Source: Promethearchaeati archaeon
GTDB lineage: Archaea; Asgardarchaeota; Heimdallarchaeia; Heimdallarchaeales; Heimdallarchaeaceae
NCBI GenBank assembly: GCA_013166775.1
Contig: JABLTJ010000002.1
Span: 128,001 to 192,000, forward strand
Direction of reading: 5' to 3'
DNA length: 64,000 nucleotides
A model generated the notes under the pieces. That model was not told the DNA's origin. It ran no database searches and was given only the letters and a program-made list of their open reading frames with translations. Made by a program: the position numbers and the translations under genes. Below, piece after piece: positions 36,077-46,744 of this stretch. Within the stretch, counting starts at the first letter, position 1. Each line of letters begins with the position of its first letter.

Positions 36077-39000
36077 ATGAGAACGTTGAATCGTAAAGCA
36101 ATTTTGTTTTGTTTAATTGTATTCACAATATTCCTTTCATTAAACATAATTCAAGATAACAAACTTGCTTTAATGCAGGTTTCAGCTCAAGCAGAAGAAA
36201 CCGAAATTGTTGAAATAAGAGATCGGTCCATTTCTGTTAATTGGTCTATCCCTGTAATTCATAACTTCAATAGTTTTAGAATATCTCTATTGAGTAATAA
36301 TTCTGAAGAAGAAAGTACTTGGACTATGATTCTATTCAATAGTTCTATTGAAACAACAACAAACAGTTTTTCACTAGTTAATTACAGTTCTTCTGGATCA
36401 TTGCATTCTGCTCAGAAAATCTTTACAACCAATTTTACTTCATACATAGTAGAAAATACAGCAGAAACAATACAAACTAGAATCACTGGATTACAGCCTT
36501 CATCGTTTTATACAATATTCCTTTATCTATCTAATTCTTCTCTAATTCAAGAAGAAGGAAATCAAGTAATTTATTCTGCTACTGAGGAATTGTATTGGAA
36601 CTCTACATTCATTGAAACAAAATTAAGTACCGAAGATGCACTTGAATATTCTAGGAGGGCAACAATATTATCTCTTCTTTTTATCGTTGTAATTTTCATA
36701 GTTATATTCTACATAGTTGCTAGAAAGGATGTTCCGTTTAATCGTATCGCTTATATTTTCATCTTTCCAGCTCTATTTGCACTGGTTTTACTTGAGATCT
36801 ATCCAATAATTTATGGTGTAATTCTATCATTCACGTCCTACAATTTAAAAAGAGGAGAGATACCAAAATTCAATTGGTTTCAAAACTATGCAAATGTTGC
36901 AGAAAATCCTCAGATGCCAATTGCATTCACAACTACTTTAGTATGGACAACATTGATTATAATTGCAAAGATTCTCCTAGGATTCTTAATAGCATATTTA
37001 ATTCATTTTAAAGTAAAAAGAAAGAAACTATGGTATTTGTTTCTTTACCTTCCTTGGGCCATACCTTCCTATATCAAAATACTATCCTGGCGTACATTCA
37101 TTCAAGGTAACTCGGGAGATTCATTCTTCAATATGCTTTTTGGAACGAAAGTTAATCTTGTCTCCCAACCATATGTTACTTTGATAATCGCATGTTTTGT
37201 GGAAGTGTGGGATTCAATTCCTCTAATAACAACTCTTTTCCTAGGAGGTATGAGTTCTATACCAAGAGAATTAAATGATTTAGCAGAAATTGATCAGATT
37301 GGAGAAGGAACAAAAATTAGGAAAATAGTCGTTCCTCTAATTAAACCTATTATCATTCCTGCAATTATTCTAGAAATTATCAAAACATTCGGTAGTTTTA
37401 ATGTAGCATTCTTTCTTACGAAAGGTTATCCGCTTTTATCTTATGGAACAAGTGATGCGGGAGTTATTGGAGCTACGGATTTATTCAGTACATTCACATT
37501 TTATATGTTCTATCATAAGAGAGAGGTAGGAATTGCAGCAGCTTACTCGACAATAATGAGTTTGTTGACACTATTTTTTGTTCTTATTTGGATTAAAATG
37601 TCAAGAGGAACACAGAGTACATATCAACCCACTAAAAAGAAACTTCCTTCAAGAACAAAGAATTTTCTTCCTGTTTTAGGATTATTACAAGCTTTAGGAT
37701 ACATTTTAGCAGGTATCACAGGTTTTAGATACTTCGGAATTCATTACAGCAGTACTTTAAATTATTTTATTGGTTCTTTCTATTTTCTAACTTCAATAAT
37801 TTTGATTTTCTACAGAGAAAAAATCTATAATTTGTTTAAACTTCTTATCATACTTGATTTAGTAATTTCTGTTTCACAGTTCTTTGTACTACAAATGTGG
37901 TTCGCTTTTAATTGGAATATTTTCATAGTGTTTTTTGAATTATTCATTCTTTCAGGCATAAACAAAAAATCTATCCAGTACTCTAGGAGTGAAATTTTAC
38001 GGAATATTAGGAGTAGAGTCAGATCTTTCAAATTTATGGTTACGAATTCACTAAAACAAATTGATAGATTTCTAGTTGATATGCAAACATTACATGTAAT
38101 CTTCTCACTTCAAACGCTATTCTTACTTCTGTTTAACATAATTTTGAAAAACAAATCATGGATCATGTGGAGTGTTTTTACTATCTTTCTTGTGAGTCTC
38201 AGTTTCTCATTCTTCTCAAATAGAATGCTGAAAATCTCTATTATTCTGCAAATTCCTCTTCATTTAGGATTGATTTTTAGTTCTCCTCCTATTGGGTGGA
38301 CGATTAGTCAAATCTTATTTTCAATAATTTTTATCATTAACTATGCAAAAGTAGGAGTAAACCAGAATTCTGTAATGACGAAGAATTCATTTGGAAAGAA
38401 GATTTTAAGGTTTCTATCACTTCCAAATAACAGCTCATTATTGCTATTGTTTGTAATTACTATAACTTTCATTCCTATATGGAACATAATCTGGATAGCT
38501 TTTGCTTCTGGTAATCAAATAGTTCCCACTTCCTTCATTCCCAAGAATCCTACTTTAGATAATTTTCGCCTTCTATTTACACAAGAAGAGATTTATCTGA
38601 ATTTCGGAAACTCTTTATTAGTTGCGCTAGGTTCTGCAGGTATATGCGTACTTATTACGACGCTAGCAGGTTATTCTTTTTCACGATATAACTTCAAAGC
38701 TAAAAAGGAGCTGATGGTTGGAGTTTTCGTTTTAAAGATATTTACTGGGATATTAACGCTAATACCTTTCTATCTCATTATGTTTAATTTAGGATTAATA
38801 GATACTTATTTTGGAGTGATTCTTGCTTATAGTACTCATACAATCCCGATAGCATTATGGATCATTAAAGGGTACATTGATTCTATTCCAAAAGAGCTGG
38901 ATGAAGCCTCACAAATAATGGGAAATCCCGCTTTAAGAACAATTCGTAAAATAATCCTTCCTCTTTCTGGACCAGCTTTAGCAATAACATTTTTACTTAA

Positions 39001-39241
39001 TTTTCTTGCAGCTTGGAATGGTTTCCTACTTGCTTTTGTTTTGCTTCAATCTTCATCAAAGTACACATTACCAATAAAATTATTCACATTTGTTGGTTCA
39101 ATTGAAGCAAGTACTCCTGAATGGGGTTTATTCGCTGCAGCATCTATTCTAGTTATTATTCCACTTTTGATTATTTTTATCTTTTTAAGAAATTATTTAC
39201 TCAAAGGTTTTGATAGTTCAATTGAAATGGGAGAAATCTAA
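36077..39241 (+). CDS. Fused sugar ABC permease (FN3-like extracellular domain + MalF-like + MalG-like)
   Basis: ITGLQPSSFY FN3-like motif; MalF-like AYIFIFPALF...LPWAIP...SIPRELND; MalG-like AGYSFSRYNF...IDSIPKELDEASQIMG. Confidence 0.85.
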   Translation: MRTLNRKAILFCLIVFTIFLSLNIIQDNKLALMQVSAQAEETEIVEIRDRSISVNWSIPVIHNFNSFRISLLSNNSEEESTWTMILFNSSIETTTNSFSLVNYSSSGSLHSAQKIFTTNFTSYIVENTAETIQTRITGLQPSSFYTIFLYLSNSSLIQEEGNQVIYSATEELYWNSTFIETKLSTEDALEYSRRATILSLLFIVVIFIVIFYIVARKDVPFNRIAYIFIFPALFALVLLEIYPIIYGVILSFTSYNLKRGEIPKFNWFQNYANVAENPQMPIAFTTTLVWTTLIIIAKILLGFLIAYLIHFKVKRKKLWYLFLYLPWAIPSYIKILSWRTFIQGNSGDSFFNMLFGTKVNLVSQPYVTLIIACFVEVWDSIPLITTLFLGGMSSIPRELNDLAEIDQIGEGTKIRKIVVPLIKPIIIPAIILEIIKTFGSFNVAFFLTKGYPLLSYGTSDAGVIGATDLFSTFTFYMFYHKREVGIAAAYSTIMSLLTLFFVLIWIKMSRGTQSTYQPTKKKLPSRTKNFLPVLGLLQALGYILAGITGFRYFGIHYSSTLNYFIGSFYFLTSIILIFYREKIYNLFKLLIILDLVISVSQFFVLQMWFAFNWNIFIVFFELFILSGINKKSIQYSRSEILRNIRSRVRSFKFMVTNSLKQIDRFLVDMQTLHVIFSLQTLFLLLFNIILKNKSWIMWSVFTIFLVSLSFSFFSNRMLKISIILQIPLHLGLIFSSPPIGWTISQILFSIIFIINYAKVGVNQNSVMTKNSFGKKILRFLSLPNNSSLLLLFVITITFIPIWNIIWIAFASGNQIVPTSFIPKNPTLDNFRLLFTQEEIYLNFGNSLLVALGSAGICVLITTLAGYSFSRYNFKAKKELMVGVFVLKIFTGILTLIPFYLIMFNLGLIDTYFGVILAYSTHTIPIALWIIKGYIDSIPKELDEASQIMGNPALRTIRKIILPLSGPALAITFLLNFLAAWNGFLLAFVLLQSSSKYTLPIKLFTFVGSIEASTPEWGLFAAASILVIIPLLIIFIFLRNYLLKGFDSSIEMGEI

Positions 39242-40360
39242 ATGAAAATCGAAATAAGGGAAGTTACAAAAAAGTATGAGGAAAAAAAGGCAATTGATGG
39301 CATTAAAATGGTCATTCCGGAAGGTAGTTTTACAGTAATTTTAGGACCTTCTGGAAGTGGAAAAACTACTCTTTTAAGGATTATTGCAGGACTTCTTTAT
39401 CCTACTTCAGGAAAAGTATTTTTTGGTCAAAACGATATGACAGATTTACCTGCCAATAAAAGAAACATTGCTATGGTTTTCCAGAAATATACTTTATTTC
39501 CACATATGACTGTGGAAGAGAATATTCGATTTCCTCTAGAAAGCATAAAGGAAGGAAAATTGTTCAAAAGCAGAACATACACAGATGAAGAGATTAGCAA
39601 GAAAATTGAAGAAATACTGAAACTACTACATTTAGAAGAACACAGAAACAAATACCCCTCACAATTATCAGGAGGGGAGCAGCAACGGGTTGCAATAGGT
39701 AGAGAAATAATTCGAGAACCGGTAATATTCCTATTTGATGAACCCTTGAGTAATATAGATGCAAGATTACGCTATGAAATGAGAACATGGATAAGAAGAC
39801 TGCATAAATTACTCAAGAAAACTACTGTATATGTCACACATGATCAATCAGAAGCTATGGCATTAGGAAATTTAATTGCTCTATTAAATGAGGGAAAAAT
39901 AGAGCAATTTGGTACTCCAGATGATCTTTACTATAATCCAATCAACAAGTTTACAGCTCAATTTATTGGTAATTATCCTATGAATTTTATTCCTTTTAAA
40001 TTCAAAGATGGAGATCTATATTATAACAATGAAGAAAAGATAGAGGTTCCAAAAAACATTCTAGATATAATTTCAACCCGTAAAGTCACAAAAGGTGACA
40101 TAGGTTTTCGAGCTGAATATATTAGAGAATATGATCCGAAAAAACCTGTAGATAAAGAGATGATTCTGATAGATTGCAAAATTGAGGATACAGAAAAGGT
40201 TCTAGATCAACATATAATAACGTTAAAACATCTTAATCATCAGCTCTTCTTTGTTACGAAAACGAAAAAAGAGTTCAAAAAGAAGGAAGCACTTTCTATA
40301 GTCATTCATAGCGACCATATCTATGTCTTCGATAATAGAGGCAAACGGATTCAGATATGA
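39242..40360 (+). CDS. Sugar ABC transporter ATPase (MalK-like)
   Basis: GPSGSGKT, LSGGEQQRVA, FLFDEPLSN, YVTHDQ. Confidence 0.95.
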   Translation: MKIEIREVTKKYEEKKAIDGIKMVIPEGSFTVILGPSGSGKTTLLRIIAGLLYPTSGKVFFGQNDMTDLPANKRNIAMVFQKYTLFPHMTVEENIRFPLESIKEGKLFKSRTYTDEEISKKIEEILKLLHLEEHRNKYPSQLSGGEQQRVAIGREIIREPVIFLFDEPLSNIDARLRYEMRTWIRRLHKLLKKTTVYVTHDQSEAMALGNLIALLNEGKIEQFGTPDDLYYNPINKFTAQFIGNYPMNFIPFKFKDGDLYYNNEEKIEVPKNILDIISTRKVTKGDIGFRAEYIREYDPKKPVDKEMILIDCKIEDTEKVLDQHIITLKHLNHQLFFVTKTKKEFKKKEALSIVIHSDHIYVFDNRGKRIQI

Positions 40361-40529
40361 CTCTTTTTTTTGATGAGCTAGGACTATGGTAATATTATTA
40401 ATATTCTTTAATTATTGTAATAGGAGAACAATCATACTTCCTATATTCAAAAAAAGGTCAAATAGGGTTCAAATGTAGGAAAAAAGCTGTTCTTACTCTG
40501 GGGCAATCAATATCTCTAAAGTGAATTAA

Positions 40530-43500
40530 ATGATAGAAGAGGCTATGGGGGGCATATTAGATAAAGCCAATATTGGCATAACCTTTCTTATTGATAATAA
40601 GATAAAATTCGTGAATGAAAAATTCTTACATCTTACAGATTACTCTGAAGAGGAAATAATAGAAAAATCATTTATTTTCCTTTCTACAAATGAAGAAAAG
40701 GAAAGATTGAGAAATATCGAGATAAAATTATCAGAACAAGAAATCCATCCCAAGATTATTGAGTTTTGGATAGAAACAAAAAACGGTGTAAGAAAATATA
40801 TTCGTAATAATTATTATGCTTCAGAAGATAGCAAACAGATGGAAGGTTTCCTAGTTCTTACTCATGATTTAACAAAGGAGAAGAGTAAAGAAGTTAAGGT
40901 TCTTGCATCTGAATTTAAAAAATCAAGATTTCTAGATTTTCTATCTGAACAGATAATTTTCTATGATACAGATCTTCGAATTATATGGACAAACAAAGCT
41001 GCAAGTGATTCTGTTGGAGAAATACCAGAGAGTATGGTAGGGGAAATCTGTTATGAATTATGGTATCAATCAGATACCCCCTGTTCAAACTGTCCTGTGT
41101 TAAAAGCAAAAGAAACAAGGCAAGAACAAAGTGCAGAAGTTGTTACACCAGATGATAAAGTTTGGAACATACGAGGATATCCCGTATATGGAGAAGATGG
41201 TACTCTGATTGGTATGGCAGAATTGGCAAGTGATATAACTGAAAGCAAACAAAAAATGAAAGATCTTGCTAAAAGCGAAGAAAGATTCAAACAAATTTTC
41301 CATAACACTAATGATGGAATTTTTGTTGTCACAAGAGATACTGAGGGTAAATTCATTAAAATCATTGAAGCAAACGAAATCGCATCTAGGATGTATGGAT
41401 ACACTCGAGAAGAATTCTTCGAAATGAAGCCTGCAGATTTTAATATTACTGGTGAAGAGGAAACTTTAGAATTTATAAATAATCTACTCGAGGAGAAAAG
41501 ACTTACATTTGAAAGGAATCACAGAACAAAAGATGGGAATCTCATTCTTGTAGAAATCAGTGCTCATCTTTTTACACTTGGTGAAGATACCGTAAGTATA
41601 GCTATTATTAGGGATATAACTGAAAAGAAGAAAGCTGATGAAGAGCTGATTGATAGGGAAGAAAAATTCAGACAAATATTCCAAAACTCTTCTGATGCAA
41701 TATTTATTCATTCATTATCATCTGATGGAAAACCAGGGAATTTTATTGAAGTAAATGATATAGGTTGTGAGTGGACAGGTTATTCTCGAGAAGTACTACT
41801 TAAGATTTCACCACCTGAATTAGTATTTGAAAATGCTGCCCATGATGACGATATTAGTAAGAAACTTCAATCTATGGGATTTTTAACATATGATGGCTTC
41901 ATTCAAAATAAAGATGGGTATTTAAGAAACGTAGAATATAATTCCAGCATGTTTGTGCTAAAAGGAGAGAGAGTAATACTTACTACTGCTAGAGATATCA
42001 CAGAAAGATTAATTTCTCAGCAAGAAATGAAAGAAAGTGAAGAAAGATTTAGAAAACTATTTGAAACAATTCCAGATGCACTTATTGCTGCAGACTTAAA
42101 CGGGGACATAACTTATGCTAACTATCAAGCAGCAAAACTGTATGGTGTAGAAAGCATTGATAAGCTGATGAATGAGAATACATTCCAATTCATTGCCCAA
42201 GAAGACTTGATGAGAGCTCAGAATGGTTTTAAAGCAATTTTAACAAGTGGGTATGTGAGAAATAAACAATTTCATATTGTCGATAAGGATGGTTCAAGAA
42301 CACCAGTAGAGACCAATGCATCAGTAATTTTAGATTCAGAAGGCAATCCTAATGGTTTCATAGCTGTTGTTCGAGATATTTCAGAAAAACTAAAAGCTGA
42401 AAAATCTATTCAAGATAGTGAGGAGAAATTTAGACAAATCTTTCATAGTGGTAATGATGCAATATTCATACATAAATTAACAAGGGATGGAAAACTTGGA
42501 AATTTCATTGAAGTAAATAGTGTTGCATCTGCATGGACAGGTTATGATCGAGAAAAATTATTAACAATGAAGCCAGCAGATATAAAATGGCCTGGTTTAG
42601 TCAATCATACCAAAAATATTGGAAAAGAACTACTTTCCACAGGTTCAACAACTTTTGAAGGGACGATAGTACATAAGAACGGATCTTCCAAGCCAGTAGA
42701 GTTCAGTTCACAGTTATTTTTATTAAAAGACCAAGTGGTTATACTTTCTGTTGCTAGAGATATTACAGAGAGAAAGAAATCTCAAAAAGAAATAGAAGAA
42801 AGTGAAGAAAAATTCAGGCAAATATTCCACAAAGCAAATGATGCATTCTTCCTAACTAAATTAATTAAAGAAGATGAAACAAGCAAATTCATTGAAGTAA
42901 ATGATATAGCATGTATATGGTTGGAATACACAAAGGAAGAGATTTTAGAGTTAAGATCAATAGATATTACAGCTCCTGAACAAAAGGATGCAAATAAGGA
43001 AATTATTAGAGAAATCTACGATAAGGGTTATGGAACTTTTGAGACGGTTCTTCTTGGAAAAAATGATAAGAGAATACCTGTTGAAATCAGCTCTCACATA
43101 TTTGAGTTATGGGATGAGGAGGTTGTTTTAACAATAGCAAGGAATATCACTGATAGGAGAAGAGCTGAGAAGGAAATTCAAGAAAGTGAGGAAAGATATA
43201 GACAAGTCTTTCATAATTCAGGTGATATTATCGCAATAGTGAGTGTTCCACGTGATAGATCAATCGGAAATCTTCTCGAGTTCAATGAATTAGCATGCAG
43301 GAAACTAGAATATTCTAGAGAGGATCTAATTGGATTAGGACTAGATGAAATAGTAAAGGATCTAACTGAAGAAGATATTACAAAGTATTTCAAAGAGATT
43401 ATGGAAAAGAAAAGTGTCAAATTTGAAAGAAAGTTAGTAACAAAGAGTGGAGAATCATTCCCTGTTGAAATTAATGCAGCACCCTTTCTACTCAAAGGAG

Positions 43501-43901
43501 AAATTACAGTTTTATTAACAGCTAGAGATATCACAGAGAGAGTTAAAGATGAGGAATTGATGAAGCAAGCATTTGCTCAGATAGATCAGAACATAGAAGA
43601 TTTTGATATCTTAGTAGATAAAATCAGAAATCCTCTTACAGGTATAGTTGGTTATTCCGAATTATCTGATTCTCTTCACACATCAATTATTGTAGAAGAA
43701 GCTATGAAAATAGATGAAATTATCAAACAAATTTCAGAAAACTGGATTGCTTCTGAAAAATTCAGAGAAATCTTGAGAAAACATCTGTTAGCAGAACAAA
43801 CCTCAGAAGAAGATAGTAGCAAAAATACAGAGGATGTTGTGACTGAGGTTAAGGAAGGTACAGCAGAGATTAAAACAGAGGAAACATCAACAGCGAAATA
43901 A
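40530..43901 (+). CDS. Eight-PAS sensor protein with degenerate HisKA-like tail (no HATPase domain)
   Basis: Repeated SEE[KR]FRQIF...D[AG]IF...EVN...RDITE units; C-terminal LVDKIRNPLTGIVGY helix. Confidence 0.88.
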   Translation: MIEEAMGGILDKANIGITFLIDNKIKFVNEKFLHLTDYSEEEIIEKSFIFLSTNEEKERLRNIEIKLSEQEIHPKIIEFWIETKNGVRKYIRNNYYASEDSKQMEGFLVLTHDLTKEKSKEVKVLASEFKKSRFLDFLSEQIIFYDTDLRIIWTNKAASDSVGEIPESMVGEICYELWYQSDTPCSNCPVLKAKETRQEQSAEVVTPDDKVWNIRGYPVYGEDGTLIGMAELASDITESKQKMKDLAKSEERFKQIFHNTNDGIFVVTRDTEGKFIKIIEANEIASRMYGYTREEFFEMKPADFNITGEEETLEFINNLLEEKRLTFERNHRTKDGNLILVEISAHLFTLGEDTVSIAIIRDITEKKKADEELIDREEKFRQIFQNSSDAIFIHSLSSDGKPGNFIEVNDIGCEWTGYSREVLLKISPPELVFENAAHDDDISKKLQSMGFLTYDGFIQNKDGYLRNVEYNSSMFVLKGERVILTTARDITERLISQQEMKESEERFRKLFETIPDALIAADLNGDITYANYQAAKLYGVESIDKLMNENTFQFIAQEDLMRAQNGFKAILTSGYVRNKQFHIVDKDGSRTPVETNASVILDSEGNPNGFIAVVRDISEKLKAEKSIQDSEEKFRQIFHSGNDAIFIHKLTRDGKLGNFIEVNSVASAWTGYDREKLLTMKPADIKWPGLVNHTKNIGKELLSTGSTTFEGTIVHKNGSSKPVEFSSQLFLLKDQVVILSVARDITERKKSQKEIEESEEKFRQIFHKANDAFFLTKLIKEDETSKFIEVNDIACIWLEYTKEEILELRSIDITAPEQKDANKEIIREIYDKGYGTFETVLLGKNDKRIPVEISSHIFELWDEEVVLTIARNITDRRRAEKEIQESEERYRQVFHNSGDIIAIVSVPRDRSIGNLLEFNELACRKLEYSREDLIGLGLDEIVKDLTEEDITKYFKEIMEKKSVKFERKLVTKSGESFPVEINAAPFLLKGEITVLLTARDITERVKDEELMKQAFAQIDQNIEDFDILVDKIRNPLTGIVGYSELSDSLHTSIIVEEAMKIDEIIKQISENWIASEKFREILRKHLLAEQTSEEDSSKNTEDVVTEVKEGTAEIKTEETSTAK

Positions 43902-43957
43902 TTGCTTGAGATAGGATTTCCGCTTAATTTATATATGACTCTTGATTAATATCGAAT

Positions 43958-45148
43958 ATGCATTTTGCTAAGAAATTCAAAAATTCTTTTCACTTGACTA
44001 TTTGGGAAGCTATAATCGCGATAGCAGCCATAACTGTATTTTTTATTCTTGAAAAAGTGGTTTATCATGATGTAGAACACGCTCCAACATTTCTGATAAT
44101 CTTCGGTTTTGTAGTTGGAATATGGTTAGCTTTTCGTCCATCTGAATGGGCAGTTGAAGGATTAAACAGTGGTGCGAAATATGCAGGATTATCAGAATAT
44201 GTGGCTGGAATTCTATCAAGTCTTGCTTCTAACCTTCCGGAAGCAGTAATAGCTATTTTACTTTTAATTGAAGGTCTGCAGCTGATTGCGGTAGTTACGG
44301 TTTTATCTGCAGCTGGATTCAACGCAATGATACTTGGTATTGCTATACTTATTTCAACTGTTAAAAATAAGGGGCAAATAGCTGTTCCTGAAGATTTAGA
44401 GAAGAAAGAAGCGCCTATAATTCGATGGGCTATTGTAGCTTTGTTAATGACCGTCGTTTTTGGTTTTATTGAATATTTTCAAGTAGATCAACTAGAAGAT
44501 GCATTACTGACTAAACCAGTTGCAGGATTACTCGCGGCAAGTTATTTATTTTACTTAATATATGTTATTGTAGTAAAGGATACTAATAACAAAATTTCCT
44601 TGAAAAATCATGAAGAAAAGGAAAAAGCAGAAGAAATTGAAGAAATTAAAAAAGAAGAAGAAAACGATCACGAGTCTAAGGAGCGACTACCAGTGTATTT
44701 GACTATTATTCTTTTAATTCTAGGATTTGTTGGAATTTATTTTGGTGGTGAAACACTTACTTGGGGTGTAATGGAATTAATGGAAGGAGGAGGATCGGGT
44801 ATAGGTCAGATAGGATTTGCTCTAATACTGGGGGCAGCAGGAGCGGTACCTGAACACGGTATTGCAATAATTTCTGCCGCAAAAGATAATATTGAAGTAG
44901 GAATTGGAAATGCTATGGGAGGAATTCTCCAATCTTCATTGCTGATTTTTGGGATTCTAGGAATTTTTGTTTCTATTACACTTCATCCATTTATACTTCT
45001 TCAAATAGCAGCAATCGCAGGTTCGTTATGGTTTGTGAAACGGTGCATTCAAGATAAAAAATTTGACACGTTTGAAGGGATAATGATTATCCTTCTTCAG
45101 GTACTGGTCTTTGTTATACTATTCGAAGATATTGCATTTTTCGCATAG
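43958..45148 (+). CDS. Ca2+/cation antiporter (CaCA family)
   Basis: Alpha repeats ASNLPEA and GAVPEHG; acidic central loop; about 10 TMs. Confidence 0.85.
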   Translation: MHFAKKFKNSFHLTIWEAIIAIAAITVFFILEKVVYHDVEHAPTFLIIFGFVVGIWLAFRPSEWAVEGLNSGAKYAGLSEYVAGILSSLASNLPEAVIAILLLIEGLQLIAVVTVLSAAGFNAMILGIAILISTVKNKGQIAVPEDLEKKEAPIIRWAIVALLMTVVFGFIEYFQVDQLEDALLTKPVAGLLAASYLFYLIYVIVVKDTNNKISLKNHEEKEKAEEIEEIKKEEENDHESKERLPVYLTIILLILGFVGIYFGGETLTWGVMELMEGGGSGIGQIGFALILGAAGAVPEHGIAIISAAKDNIEVGIGNAMGGILQSSLLIFGILGIFVSITLHPFILLQIAAIAGSLWFVKRCIQDKKFDTFEGIMIILLQVLVFVILFEDIAFFA

Positions 45149-45211
45149 ATAACTACACCCTTTCACTTTTTTTCTTTCTAGCTTTTTATACTCAATAATA
45201 GAACTACTACC

Positions 45212-45433
45212 ATGGGAATACAGAGGATTCTACCTCCTATTGATAAAGAAGAAGAAATTATCTTACTTCATAGAAATGGTGCTATTATTGCAATTAGCGA
45301 CACAATCTATCAAGTAAAAATATTCAGAGAACCTGAAAGGAAGATTTTTACAACCTCTTTGGAAAATGCTTACAGATTCTTACAATTAGGTATCGATAAT
45401 TATGATAGCAATGAGGGATACTATTTACAATAA
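45212..45433 (+). CDS. Small hypothetical protein
   Basis: 73-aa ORF filling the intergenic space; TATA-like TTTTTATA upstream. Confidence 0.55.
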   Translation: MGIQRILPPIDKEEEIILLHRNGAIIAISDTIYQVKIFREPERKIFTTSLENAYRFLQLGIDNYDSNEGYYLQ

Positions 45434-45449
45434 AAAATGAAGTAAGAGA

Positions 45450-46682
45450 TTAATCTACTTCATCAAATACTCTTTCAATAACTTCTAATGCCCATTCAAG
45501 TTCTTTTTGAGTAATAACCAAAGGTGGTGCAAAACGAATTGAAAACTCATGTGTTTCTTTCGCTAACAATCCTACTGGTTGATGATTTTTCATAGCTTCT
45601 GTATAGGGTCTGGCTTTTTCATTTAACTCAATTGCTACCAATAGTCCTTTTCCTCGTACTTCTTTGATTTTCTCTGAATGTTTCTTCTGAATTAGTTTCA
45701 ACTTCTTAACAAAGAATTTCCCTAATTCTGTTGATCGTTTTGAAAAATCTTCCTCATTGAGTAAATCACAAACTGATTCAAGAACAGCCATTCCTAAGCT
45801 GTTTCCACCCCATGTTGACCCATGAGAACCTGGGGTTAAAACATCCATTATATCCCAATTTGCCAAAACACCTGAAATTGGAAAGATTCCCCCACCTAAT
45901 GCTTTTGCTACTAAAACTATATCAGGTTTTACTTTTTCATGGTCGCTTGCGAAGATTGTTCCTGTTCTACAGAATCCAGTCTGTATTTCATCAACTATTG
46001 TGATGACGTTATTCTCTTTGCAGATTTTTTGTGCTTCTTTAAGATAGCCTTTTGGAGGAATCAAAACTCCAGCTTCACCTTGGATTGGTTCAAATAGGAA
46101 AGCAACTGTATTTTTGTTTATAGCTTTCTTCAAAGCCTCTGTATCACCATAAGGGATAACCTTAAACCCTGGAGTTTTGGGACCAAAACCACTGAAAGCA
46201 TCAGGATCAGTTGAGAACCCTACGATTGTAATAGTTCTACCATGAAAGTTGTTCTCACAGACAATTATCTCAGCTTTGTTTTCATCTACTCCTTTCTTCT
46301 CATATCCCCATTTTCTAGCAATTTTTAGAGCTGATTCAACTGCTTCTGCACCAGTGTTCATAGGGAGAAAAGATTCGTAACCAGTTAATTCACAGAGTTT
46401 TTTTGCAGCAGTACCCATCGAATCGTTGCAAAAAGCTCTAGATGTTAAAATAACCTTATCTGCTTGTTTCTTAAGTGCTTTAACAAGCTTTGGATTTCGA
46501 TGTCCAAAATTCTGACTTGAATATGCACTCAAGCAATCCATATATTTTTTACCTTCCACATCCCAAACCCAAATTCCTTTTGCTTTTTCTATAACAACTG
46601 GAATTGGTTTATAATTATGAGCAGTCCATTTCTTATCTAAATCAAGATAGAGTTGTGATTTGTTTTGTTCTTTTTTTAACAT
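45450..46682 (-). CDS. rocD: Ornithine--oxo-acid aminotransferase
   Basis: AHNYKPIPVV, YMDCLSAYSSQNFGH, MNTGAEAVE, FHGRT, EPIQGEAG, DEIQTG, AKALGGG, HGSTWGGN. Confidence 0.93.
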   Translation of the reverse strand: MLKKEQNKSQLYLDLDKKWTAHNYKPIPVVIEKAKGIWVWDVEGKKYMDCLSAYSSQNFGHRNPKLVKALKKQADKVILTSRAFCNDSMGTAAKKLCELTGYESFLPMNTGAEAVESALKIARKWGYEKKGVDENKAEIIVCENNFHGRTITIVGFSTDPDAFSGFGPKTPGFKVIPYGDTEALKKAINKNTVAFLFEPIQGEAGVLIPPKGYLKEAQKICKENNVITIVDEIQTGFCRTGTIFASDHEKVKPDIVLVAKALGGGIFPISGVLANWDIMDVLTPGSHGSTWGGNSLGMAVLESVCDLLNEEDFSKRSTELGKFFVKKLKLIQKKHSEKIKEVRGKGLLVAIELNEKARPYTEAMKNHQPVGLLAKETHEFSIRFAPPLVITQKELEWALEVIERVFDEVD

Positions 46683-46744
46683 GGAATCACCTGTTATGTC
46701 TGACACCTATTTGAGGAGTGAATTTATAAAATTATAGATAAAAA

